Assembly (NCBI RefSeq): GCF_006345805.1
Contig: NW_021833658.1
Span: forward strand, 21,410-85,409
DNA from: Octopus sinensis
Lineage: Eukaryota
DNA: 64,000 nt
Reading direction: 5' to 3'
In this document: positions 52,479-64,000 of the stretch, in pieces
How positions within the stretch are numbered: position 1 is the stretch's first letter
Layout of the letters: each line of letters starts with the position of its first letter
Position numbers and translations under genes: made by a program
The notes under the pieces: model-generated
Database searches by the model: none
What the model was told of the DNA's origin: nothing
The model's input: only the letters and a program-made list of their open reading frames with translations

Positions 52479-52568
52479 TCTCAGACTTAATCAAAGTGCT
52501 AAAACCAGAACTGCAAGAACAGAAGAAGATAACTGTTGATGACATTTGCCAAACCTATGACCAACAAC
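52479..52568 (+). CDS. Candidate 90-nt exon (phase 1-1), xSDLIKVLKPELQEQKKITVDDICQTYDQQ
   Basis: tttgttggtcttag| and AAC|gtaata followed by T-rich intron-like sequence; protein-like composition; no family recognised. Confidence 0.35.
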
Positions 52569-53524
52569 GTAATATTTTACTGTTATTTTTATCCACCTCA
52601 TATTTTTTTCTTTTCTTATTTTGTTTTAATTTACAAAACTATGCTCGAACAACACTTGACATTTAGCGGAAGTTGAAACTTAGCAGACTATTCACGTTTC
52701 AATAAGCCATTAAAGTTGATAAACGATAACATTCTCTCTTACTATTTGCATAATATTCTTATCTAAATCTGTTGGATTATTATTTACTGAGATACATGAG
52801 ATTTATATAAAGTTTCAGCCATGATTTTAATCTGGTCTTCTGGGAGGAAATGGATTCTGCAATAATCCTTCCGCTTTCCAAAGATGGGATAAATATTTCA
52901 ACGTACACTTGAACTTTTAACACTGAAACATGATGGACAGTAATTTTAAGTTCTAATTCCGCCAGAGATAAGCTGCTTCACCTTTGGGGCACTTGTGTAT
53001 GTGTATGACTGCGCGCATGAGGGAGTGGACAATGAATTGTGTATGGGTATGACTGAGTGCAGCTAAATAAATATGCATAAAAGTCTAAATAAAGCTATAG
53101 ATATATAATCATATATATATATATATATGAATATGTTTCTTCAGGTACTTATGGACTTATCTATGCCTGTCTGTCTGCTTGTCTATCTTTCTGCTGATCT
53201 AGTTGTCTATCTACCTATCAATCCATCTTGCTTGCTGTGCATGTGTGTGTGTGAAGATACATAACCTTGTGGTAAGTATTGGGCTCATTATCAGAAGGTC
53301 GTGGTTTCATTTCCTGGTCTAAGTAGAGTGTCATGTTCTTAAGCAATTTTATGTTGCTCCAGTCTACTTCACTAGAGTTAGCTATAACAACCTATATAAA
53401 CAAAAACTTACACAAAATATCAATCCAGCCCATACTATTATAAGAAAGCAGATACAAAAGTGATGGTGATGATGATGCTGATAATGATGATGAAGATACA
53501 TTTTACAACCATTTCCATGCTAGC

Positions 53525-53921
53525 TGTGGAGGCGCAATGGCCCAGTGGTTAGGGCAGCGGACACGCGGTCATAGGATCGCAGTTTCGATTCCCAGACCGG
53601 GCGTTGTGAGTGTTTATTGAGCGAAAACACCTAAAAGCTCCACGAGGCTCCGGCAGGGGATGGTGGTGATCCCTGCTGTACTCTTTCATCACAACTTTCT
53701 CTCACTCTTACTTCCTGTTTCTGTTGTACCTGTATTTCAAAGGGCCAGCCTTGTCACTCTCTCTGTGTCACGCTGAATATCCCCGAGAACTACGTTAAGG
53801 GTACACGTGTCTGTGGAGTGCTCAGCCACTTACACGTTAATTTCATGAGCAGGCTGTTCCGTTGATTTGGATCAACCGGAACCCTCATCGTCGTAACCGA
53901 CGGAGTGCTTCCATCCATCCA
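53525..53921 (+). mobile_element. tRNA-derived SINE (~400 bp, (TCCA)n tail) nested in a family B tail, with 11-bp TSD
   Basis: A box TGGCCCAGTGG, B box GTTTCGATTCC; TSD TCCATGCTAGC at 53514-53524 and 53922-53932. Confidence 0.85.
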
Positions 53922-54267
53922 TCCATGCTAGCATGGGTTGGGCTGTTCTCACAGTCAGAGCCATTTCTTACTGGGAGCCACTGTTCCCATAGACTGGAAC
54001 TTGTATGTTATGTGGTTTGATTTCTACACCAGGATGCTTTTTCTATCATCAACCACTGTAATGAGTGCCCTTGGTACATTTTCTCATACCACCAACACTA
54101 GAGTTGATAAGCTCTTGTTGGCAAAACAGGTCTGGATGGACTTCATAACACTTCTTATTTGTTAGTCATTTTCCACACATTTGCCATTCACTTTACAGTG
54201 TATTCTGAATGTGCATTTCTTCCTGATATAAACAACATTATAGAGGTTGTTTTACTTACAAACAACT

Positions 54268-54495
54268 TTAACCCTTTCGTTACTGCATTTATTTTGAGAT
54301 GCTCTGTGTTTCTTTCAATTACTTTAAATATAACAAAGAATTTTGTAAAATAACTAAGTTATCACTCAGCTAGTGTTAGGAACATAAACTGTGACTAAGG
54401 TTTGGTGGAGGGTTTCAATTCAAAATTTATGGAAACAAGACAATTGTACTCAGAGCCAGAGGCGGTTTCAGCCAGGTTGGTAATGAAAGGGTTAA
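54268..54495 (+). mobile_element. TTAA-type MITE, copy 6
   Basis: TTAA ends and TIRs. Confidence 0.9.
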
Positions 54496-54869
54496 AGGAC
54501 GTACTGAAAGTACAGGATTTGGTGGTGTCTTCTACAAGAGAATGAGGTGCCTTTTTTTCACAGTAAAATTAAAAGAGTACTCAATAAGCTAGTGCATGTA
54601 TTTTTGTCCAGGTAACTGAGAAGAGGAATAGAAGTGTGTGTGTGTGAGAGAGAGGGGGAGAGAGAGAGAGCAGAAATAGTAGGTGAAAGGAGCAAAAGTA
54701 TGATGGAAAAGCATAGTTATTGGGTAATAATGAAGAGGAAAATGATAGGTAATAGCAAATGTGGACAAAGGCAAGAGTAGGTAATGGCTGATATTAGAAG
54801 TGGTTGAATGGAAAAATAAGATTGATGGTTAGCATTCTCTGCAAACCTTTGTCATTAGATCAGGTCAGT

Positions 54870-55370
54870 CATCAGTGCTTCATTTTGCCTATCAATCCTT
54901 CTGAAAAAAAGACCTTTGTTGCCAGTAGAGGTAATAGCTTCCTGGATTTTTTCTGTCCTGTTCTTACTCAAGCTACTGTACTTCCTGAACAACTGCTTCT
55001 CCAGCAAATTATATCACTGAAGTAACAGAAACTATCAACTACATCCAGTGAGTCATTCAAACATTTAAGAAAATCTTTTACCTGGGTGTTTTTATTGAAT
55101 ATTCCTTCAGGTCATCTTGATAAGCTTTTCTGAGTTACACTAAATTTCTTGCGCATCAATAGCTAGCATTCAGTACAGCAAGAATTTGCCTAACCACACC
55201 AGAATTCTGCCATTGTTTTTAACACCTTGATCATTGCTAAGTTTCCCATGACATCTCTCAATTCTAACTTTCTCTTCCATGTCTGCAAAATCTTCACTAA
55301 ATCTACAATACATTCAAATATAAAAGCTAGGTCATCAGCTTATAAGAGTCCCCAAGAACAGCAAGTTTTA
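54870..55370 (-). mobile_element. Decayed RTE-type reverse transcriptase fragment
   Basis: Frameshifted YADDL region, QTWKRKLE, CTEC, DSLDVVDSFCYFSD...VRTGQKKSRKLLPLLATK. Confidence 0.7.
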
Positions 55371-55890
55371 AACCTTTGATTACCAATAGGACAATGACAA
55401 ATAGAAAGGACAAAGAACTGAGTTTCGGTAGACCCAGCTCCATCACGTGACTTTTAGAGGCCCTTAGCAACTTTTTGTTTTGAGGCCCCATCCCTTCAAT
55501 CAAAATTCATAATCTGCCCACCTTTTATTCATAGCTGTATTCTACTTTATTCTATCTAATAATAATAATAATAATTATTATTATTGTCTTAACTGGTGCA
55601 TCACACGTATTGAGAAGAGCATTGTCAATGTGAGAACTATTACTACCCATGTATTTTAATTTAACTTTATTTCAATAAAAAAAAAAAAGAATGAACGAAC
55701 TAGTGAGTTTAGTTTAATGGCCTACCATTGTATACTATGAGTTTCTTTGCCCTAGGAGTCGGGAAGACACTCGGCAAGAAATGGAAGCAAATTTGAAAGT
55801 AGAAGAAAAACCCATATAATAATAATAATCATAATAATAATAATAATAATAATAATAGTAATAATAATAATAATAATTATAATGATATTG

Positions 55891-55944
<54 letters not shown>

Positions 55945-56164
55945 GTAATGAAATTATTGTATATAGTGCTCAGGTGCACAACAAAGTGAGTACATAAGGG
56001 CTTCTTTCCCTTTCAGCCTACTAAATCCACTCACAAGGCATTAGAAACCTGGAGCTTTTCTAAGGTCCTAAGATGCTATGCAGAGTGAAACTGAACTTGA
56101 AACCATCTGGTTGGGAAACAAATTGATTAACCACAATGCCATACCTAAGCTACGTATATATATA

Positions 56165-57272
56165 TTCTTTTATTCTTTTACTTGCTTCAGTCATTTTGAC
56201 TGTGGCCATGCTGGAGCACCATCTTTAAGGGGTTTTTTTGTTTGGTCGACGCTACTGACCCCAGGACTTATTCTTTCTAAACCTGGTACTTATTCTATGT
56301 GACTTTTTGCAGAACCACTAAGTTACGGAGATACAAACACACCCACATCAGCCGTCAAGCAATGGTGGGTGGTCAAACAAAGACATACACATCATCATCA
56401 TCATCATCATTTAACATGCGTTTTCCATGCTAGCATAGATTGGACGGTTCAACTGGGGTCTGGGAAGCCAGAAGGCTGCGCCAGGCCCAGTCTGATCTGG
56501 GAGTGTTTCTACAGCTGGATGCCCTTCATAACGCCAACCACTCCGTGAGTGTAGTGGGTGCTTTTTACGTGCCACCTGCACATATAAATATATATACGAC
56601 TAACTAAGTTTCAGGGACATAAACACACAAACATCGGTTCTCAAAGCGATGATGAAAGGGACAAACATAGACACAAAGACACACACACACAAGTATATAT
56701 ACACGATAGACTTCTTTCAGTTTCCATCTACCAAATCCACTCATAAGGCTTTGGTCGGCCTGAAGCTTTAGTAGAAAGCACTTGACCAAGGTGCCACACA
56801 GAGGGACTGAACCTGGAACCATACAGATGGGAAGCAAGCTTCTTACCACACAGCCATATATACTCTTACTCTTTTACTCTTTTACTTGCTTCAGTCATTT
56901 GACTGCAGCCATGCTGGAGCACCGCCTTTAATCGAGCAACTCGACCCCGGTACTTATTCTTTTGTAAGCCCAGTACTTATTCTATCGGTCTCTTTTACCG
57001 AACCGCTAAGTTACAGGGACATAAACACACCAGCATCGGTTGTCAAGCAATGCTAGGGGGACAAACACGGACACACAAACACACACATACATATATATAT
57101 ATATACATATATACGACAGGCTTCTTTCAGTTTCCGTCTACCAAATCCACTCACAAGGCATTGGTCGGCCTAGGGCTATAGTAGAAGATACTTGCCCAAG
57201 GTGCCACGCAGTGGGACTGAACCCGGAACCATGTGGTTGGTTAGCAAGCTACTTACCACACAGCCACTCCTA
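56165..57272 (-). mobile_element. Cluster of three family A SINEs (56165-56385, 56590-56856, 56861-57272) and one family B (56390-56583)
   Basis: Consensus matches, all on the minus strand. Confidence 0.9.
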
Positions 57273-57825
57273 TATACCAGATCTTCTATCAACAAATACA
57301 TATGCATCTACAAAACGTGGTCTCTGAATAAATTTTAATACTATCTATATTAGCAGGTGAAATAAGTAACGGAGAAAAAAAAATGAGTTCCAAAATCAAA
57401 GTAATTTTTTATTATTACTTTTTTGTTGTTGATTTTCTTGTTGTTATTTTTATTTTCCTTTCCTTTAAAGAGAAAAGTGGAAGAGGTTATTACCAATGAT
57501 TTTGTGTATCTGTAGAGTGAGGTGGGGAGAAGGTGAGACTTGTGAATTCTTCTGAAAAAAAAAATAAATAAAAGGTGGGGTTGGGGGTCGAGGTTGGTGT
57601 GTGGCATGTTAATTATCAGACAGGAATGGTAAGTTGAATTTGGATATAGATGTATGTGCATGCTGCAATGCAAAATATGTAACATAGTGTGTGTGTGTGT
57701 GTGTGGTTCTAAATACCCTTCAATGTACATACATATATGCACACGAAAAAAACATATATATTTTCTCATATATATACATATATATATATATATATGTATA
57801 TGCATATGTATATGTATATGTATGT

Positions 57826-57868
<43 letters not shown>

Positions 57869-57932
57869 ATATGTATGTATATGTATATGTATGTATGTAT
57901 GTATATATATATATTTGTATATGTATGCATAT

Positions 57933-57967
<35 letters not shown>

Positions 57968-58303
57968 GCTCATATATGCATGTATGTATATGTACACATA
58001 TAAGTGTATATGTAAATATGTACAGGTATCTGTAAATGTATATGTATAACCAATTTATGTATACTAACACCTAGTTAGAAAATTACACACATATTTTTAT
58101 AAAGACCGACAGATAAATATTATCGTTTATTTTCATATACACACTCATGTATGTATCTTCACATATGGACAAATGTGTATTTACCAATATGTACATACAT
58201 ACACACATACTCATGTATATATGTAAGTGTGTATGTGTGTGTCTATATATATATGTATATATATATATATATGTATGTGTGTGTGCATGCGTGATTTATT
58301 TAC

Positions 58304-58371
<68 letters not shown>

Positions 58372-58380
58372 ATGTATGTA

Positions 58381-58423
<43 letters not shown>

Positions 58424-58445
58424 CATCATCATCATCATCTAGAGA

Positions 58446-58489
<44 letters not shown>

Positions 58490-58756
58490 ATGTGTGTAAG
58501 TGTGTAGATAGGTGGTCAAATAGAAGCATAGATTACTGTTCTCTCCCTCTCTCGATATATATATATATATGTATATATATATATTTGTATATGTATGCAT
58601 ATATATATATATACATATATATATACTTATACATATATATATATATATATGTATGTATATATATATATATAATATATATATATATAATATATATATATAT
58701 ATATGTATGTATATATATATATATACATATATATATACTTATACATATATATATAT

Positions 58757-58831
<75 letters not shown>

Positions 58832-59035
58832 TAGAGAATATATATACATATATATATACTTATACATATATATATATATATGTGTGTGTGTGTGTATGTG
58901 TGTAAGTGTGTAGATAGGTGGTCAAATAGAAGCATAGATTACTGTTCTCTCCCTCTCTCGATATATATATATATATATATATAATATATATATTATATAT
59001 ATATATCATCATCATCATCATCATCATCTAGAGAT
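58424..59035. repeat. ~380-400-bp tandem unit of microsatellite plus unique core, 2 full copies and 1 partial
   Basis: (CAT)nCTAGAG... and GTAGATAGGTGGTCAAATAGAAGCATAGATTACTG repeated at ~58500 and ~58910. Confidence 0.9.
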
Positions 59036-59057
59036 ATATATACATATATATATACTT

Positions 59058-59097
<40 letters not shown>

Positions 59098-59110
59098 TAT
59101 ATATATTATG

Positions 59111-59142
<32 letters not shown>

Positions 59143-59291
59143 TATAATATATATATATATATATGTGTGTGTGTATTATATATATATATATATATGTATG
59201 TATATATATATATGTATATATGCATGCAAGCACACATGTATATACACACACACACGCATATATGTATATATGGGTGTGTGTGTGTGTATGT

Positions 59292-60065
59292 ATATAAATT
59301 TTATCTTTTACATCTTTCATTAATTGGCCCGTGGCCATACTGGTGCACCACATTGAAGTGTCTACGCAGTACGTTTTTTTCAGTGTGGTACTTAGTCTCT
59401 CAGTCTCTTACACCAAAGTGTTATGTTATAGTGTTGTAAGCAAACCAAAAGTTGTGGCAGGAGACATTCACAGAGAAACAATGAAACACACACACACGTG
59501 ACAGGCTTCTTTCAGTTTCCGTCTACCAAATCCACTGGTCAGCCTGGAGCTATAGTAGAAGACACTAGCCCAAGGCACCATGCAGTGAGACTGAACCAGC
59601 ACAGGATTAATCATTAAGCAAAAGAAGCATGTGCTTGGGGAATGAAGTGAAGGAGGGGGGGCACCACAGAAATGGTAAATGGTTTACAGCAGAAAAGAAA
59701 TCACTTTAAATTTGCTAAAATAATATCTCTACTAAGTACAAATATAGATGTGTTACCTAAGATTAATTTTGAGGATCTGATCAAAGACTTTGCAATTAAA
59801 AAAAAGTTAGGGGAAACTTTTCAAATATAAATAAAATGGAAGTATGCAAAAATAAATATTATTTTCCCTCTTAGTGTTTTGTTTCATTTTGAAAAATCAA
59901 AATTTATTTCATGGTTTGTTATTGTTTATATTTTGAATGACATAATCTTTTATTGGGGCACCAAAATCTCTTAAGTGCTTAGGGCCTTGATGGGTCTTAA
60001 TCCAGTCTTGTTTATATTATATATAAACATATGTATGTATGCATATGTGTGTATATGCATATATA

Positions 60066-60129
<64 letters not shown>

Positions 60130-60911
60130 GTGTGTGTATGTATATAAATTTTATCTTTTACATCTTTCATTAATTGGCCCGTGGCCATATGGTGGTGCAC
60201 ACATTGAAGTGTCTACGCAGTATTTTTTTCAGTGTGGTACTTAGTCTCTCAGTCTCTTACACCAAAGTGTTATGTTATAGTGTTGTAAGCAAACCAAAAG
60301 TTGTGGCAGGAGACATTCACAGAGAAACAATGAAACACACACACACGTGACAGGCTTCTTTCAGTTTCCGTCTACCAAATCCACTGGTCAGCCTGAGCTA
60401 TAGTAGAAGACACTAGCCCAAGGCACCATGCAGTGAGACTGAACCAGCACAGGATTAATCATTAAGCAAAAGAAGCATGTGCTTGGGGAATGAAGTGAAG
60501 GAGGGGGGGCACCACAGAAATGGTAAATGGTTTACAGCAGAAAAAAAATCACTTTAAATTTGCTAAAATAATATCTCTACTAAGTACAAATATAGATGTG
60601 TTACCTAAGATTAATTTTGAGGATCTGATCAAGACTTTGCAATTAAAAAAAGTTAGGGGAAACTTTTCAAATATAAATAAAATGGAAGTATGCAAAAATA
60701 AATATTATTTTCCCTCTTAGTGTTTTGTTTCATTTTGAAAAATCAAAATTTATTTCATGGTTTGTTATTGTTTATATTTTGAATGACATAATCTTTTATT
60801 GGGGCACCAAAATCTCTTAAGTGCTTAGGGCCTTGATGGGTCTTAATCCAGTCTTGTTTATATTATATATAAACATATGTATGTATGCATATGTGTGTAT
60901 ATGCATATATA

Positions 60912-61000
<89 letters not shown>
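59292..61000. repeat. Near-identical ~850-bp tandem duplication (59292-60140 and 60142-61000)
   Basis: Direct comparison; differences are mostly 1-2-bp indels. Confidence 0.92.
59597..60010. mobile_element. hAT-type MITE (duplicated at 60445-60856)
   Basis: CAG..GGATTAA / TTAATCC..CTTG termini typical of CAGGGCCGGATTAA-type hAT MITEs; no TSD seen. Confidence 0.5.
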
Positions 61001-61004
<4 letters not shown>

Positions 61005-61014
61005 ATAAATATAT

Positions 61015-61268
61015 ATTGGTTTGGTTCATAATTATTGTGGCTTGTTTTTCAATAAATTTTGTTCAACAAAAACAATAACAACACGTAACAAAAACATCTT
61101 TAAATGATTATGCCAGAGCATATGCACCAGATTCTTCAATTACTGCTATCCATTTGCTTGGCAGAGTGTCAGACCATCATTTAAAGATATTTTTGCTAAA
61201 TATTGTTAGTATTTTTGTTGAATAAAATTTGTTGAGAAAAAGTCGCAGTAATTATGTACCAACCCAAT
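61015..61268. mobile_element. Mariner (Hsmar1/MADE1-like TIR) MITE, ~255 bp
   Basis: ~80-bp imperfect inverted arms starting ATTGG(G/T)TTGGT(A/T)CATAATTA, similar to the ATTAGGTTGGTGCAAAAGTAATTGCGG class of TIR. Confidence 0.7.
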
Positions 61269-61346
61269 GTATATATATTTATATATACACACACACACAC
61301 ACATATATACACATACATGTATAGGCATGTGTGTGTATATATACTT

Positions 61347-61387
<41 letters not shown>

Positions 61388-61837
61388 TATGCTGTGTGTT
61401 TGTGTGTGTGTGTGCTAAATATATAAACAAGCATCATTATTGATATATACACATATATGATTGAAAGTCTAACTATAAACTACTAGCCTTCTCAATTAAA
61501 AGACTTAAGTTTGGACTTGATATTGAGAACAATATTGTAGGTTATTACATTAATCTATCATTCATCACAGATGGCCAGATGTTTTATTCCATACAATATT
61601 TTTGAAATGTTTGAAAATCTCTCATAAAGTGCAATATATGCCTTGTAATAAATCACATGAATTTTAATGCAAAATAATATCATTCTCCTTCCCATCATCG
61701 TCATCATCATCATCATCATCATGTCCATCATCATCCTTGGTGTACTGGTCATTGTCCTTTTCCTTCCCTACTTCTCTCATCCTCACCTTCGCTCCCTCCT
61801 TCCCACTGTTCTTTCTCTTTATCATTGTCATTATTTA

Positions 61838-62246
61838 TTTCTTTACTACCCACAAGGGGCTAAACATAGAGGGAACAAACAAGGACAGACAAAAGGATTA
61901 AGACGATTACATCGACTCCAGTGCGTTACTGGTACTTAATTTATCGCCCCTGAAAGGAGGGAAGGCAAAGTCAACCTCAGCGGAAATTGAACTCAGAATG
62001 TAGCGGCAGATGAAATACCTATTTCTTTACTATCCACAAGGGGCTAAACACAGAGAGGACAAACAAGGACAGACAAATGGATTAAGTCGATTACATCGAC
62101 CCCAGTGCGTAACTGGTACTTAATTTATCGACCCCAAAAAAGGCAAAGTTGACCTCAGCGGAATTTGAACTCAGAACGTTGTGGCAGATGAAATACTGCT
62201 AAGCATTTCGCCCAGTGTGCTAACAATTCTGCTAGCTCGCCGCCTC
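61838..62246 (-). mobile_element. Two tandem SINE family C copies
   Basis: Junction GAAATACC|TATTTCTTTACT at ~62012-62031. Confidence 0.9.
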
Positions 62247-62522
62247 ATCATTGTCATTATTATTGTCTATCATGATGATGATCGTCATTATTAGCAATAC
62301 CATCACCATTGTATGCCAATGGTTCCAATTCCAGTAGTTCCATTGACATTGCATGGGCCCCTTAATTCTACACCTGCTACTTGTTGAAGTCCTTTGTCTT
62401 CCCATTCATGAGGTTTGGCTACTTCAAATCAGGATTTACCAATTTCTTCCATAGATTCCTTGCATTTAGATTCCCTGATAGTTTTGTTTTACCCATCTGG
62501 CATCTAATCTACATATTACATA

Positions 62523-62684
62523 GGTGCAGGAGTGGCTGTGTGGTAAGTTGCCTGCTTACCAACCACATGGTCCCGGGTTCAATCCCACTGCATGGCACCT
62601 TGGGCAAGTGTCTTCTACTATAGCCTCAGGCCGACCAAAGTTTTGTGACTGGATTTGGTAGACGGAAACTGAAAGAAGCCAATC

Positions 62685-62726
<42 letters not shown>

Positions 62727-63018
62727 GATGGCTTATTAATATATATATTATATATATTATATATAATATATATATATATATATTATGTATGTATGTGTGT
62801 GTGTGTGTGTGTGTATGTTTGTGTGTCTGTTTGTCACACTAGAATCGCTTGAAACCAATGCTGGTGTGTTTACGTCTCTGTATTTTAGCGGTTTGGCAAA
62901 AGAGACTGATAGAATAAGTACTAGGCTTACAAAGAATACGCTCTGGGGTTAATTTGCTTGACTATAAAGGTGGTGCTCCAGTGTGGCTGCAGTCAAATGA
63001 CTGAAACAGGTGAAAGAG
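62523..63018 (+). mobile_element. SINE family A, full length
   Basis: Consensus match. Confidence 0.9.
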
Positions 63019-63129
63019 ATTCCTCTTTTATGGCATGCATGGTCATCTAAGATTTTTGTTTAATTTTTCTCTCAATGCATCTCTCATCTGGGCTGTGTTA
63101 CACAATCCCTGGAACTAGTCCCCTTTTAG

Positions 63130-63248
63130 TTACATCCTCTGTACATCATCTACATTTGAAGTCTATGCAGTCATCTGATGAGAACGGTTTTTTTTTCAAA
63201 CGATGTAATGCTTTCAACAATCAATTAAAGAAGTTGCTTGAAACAGCC
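63130..63248 (+). CDS. Candidate exon (phase 1 to 0), xTSSVHHLHLKSMQSSDENGFFFKRCNAFNNQLKKLLETA
   Basis: ccccttttag| and GCC|gtaaag; open frame. Confidence 0.2.
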
Positions 63249-63282
63249 GTAAAGAATTGACACCTGTACTTCTGTGTTATTC

Positions 63283-63322
<40 letters not shown>

Positions 63323-63327
63323 ACATA

Positions 63328-63750
63328 CATCATCATCATCATCATCATTGTTTAACGTCCACTTTCCATGCTAGCATGGGTTGGACGATTTTGCCTGAGG
63401 GCTGGCGAACCAGATGGTTGCACCAGTCTCCAATCTTGATTTGGCAGAGTTTCTATGCCCTTCCTAATGCCAACTACTCCGAGAGTGTAGTGGGTGCTTT
63501 TTACGTGCCACCAGCACGTGGGCCAGTCAGGCAGTACTGGCAACGACTTCACATGAATCCTTTTACACATGCTACCGGAACAGGTGCCAGTAAGGCGACG
63601 TTGGTAAAGATCACGCTCGAATGGTGCCCTTTTACGTGCCACTGGCATGGAAGCCAGTTGGCTGCTCTGGCAACGATCACACTTGGATGGTGCTCTTTGC
63701 ACCCTTCCAGCATGGATGCCAGTCATCGAATTTTATTTTGATTTTGCTTT
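63328..63750 (-). mobile_element. SINE family B with internal tandem units
   Basis: Consensus match. Confidence 0.9.
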
Positions 63751-63849
63751 TGATTGATTTGATTTATACATGGGATGGTCATTTTCTGTTGGTTTTTTTT
63801 TGGCCAAATAAACGCCCGCACTCTATATTCATTCTTTACTCGTATAATA

Positions 63850-63990
63850 CTGTTTTTATTTTAATATATGTCCATTGTCAAACATCTGTGACCTCTTCAG
63901 CGATCCTTTCCGTGTGTGATGAAAGATTTCCAAACAACGGACACAAGATAAAAGAAGAACAGTAATAAACTAGCGAAGAACGAATATATA
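63850..63990. mobile_element. Penelope-like fragment with inverted junction
   Basis: 63850-63900 is collinear with 6600-6665, while 63912-63990 is the reverse complement of 6570-6650. Confidence 0.5.
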
Positions 63991-64000
63991 GTGTGTATGT

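Noticed and set aside
53527-53600. tRNA genes at SINE heads (also 17745, 39888, 49950, 62523)
   Set aside because: A and B boxes are present but there is no complete cloverleaf, and each continues into a SINE body
54991-55048. Plus-strand exon candidate with gtgagt donor
   Set aside because: Lies antisense within a recognisable RTE RT relic
57350-59439. Long IYIY/HTHT/CVCV ORFs (also throughout the window)
   Set aside because: Dinucleotide microsatellites lack stops in these frames

Overview
AT-rich animal genomic DNA dominated by microsatellites ((TA)n, (CA)n, (CAT)n, (GAT)n, (TAA)n) and interspersed repeats. From recall, the SINE families look like those of cephalopods (Octopus); I could not confirm this by search. 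Almost all ORFs in the supplied track are translations of microsatellites or SINEs. No complete host gene is recognisable, only a few low-confidence candidate exons. The window holds at least five SINE-like families (my labels A, B, C, E, F), 5'-truncated or decayed non-LTR retrotransposons (RTE-type, CR1, R4/Dong-like, HERO-like), a decayed near-full-length mariner, six copies of a TTAA/piggyBac-type MITE, mariner- and hAT-type MITEs, a non-autonomous Helitron, a ~600 bp foldback element and a near-identical ~850 bp tandem duplication. The most interesting signal is a set of minimal, dimer-type hammerhead ribozyme motifs in Penelope-like or retrozyme-like fragments from at least three sequence families. 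One family has a non-canonical CUGUNGA core and a compensatory base-pair change in helix I between its two copies. Repeat boundaries are read by eye and approximate unless TSDs or TIRs are quoted.
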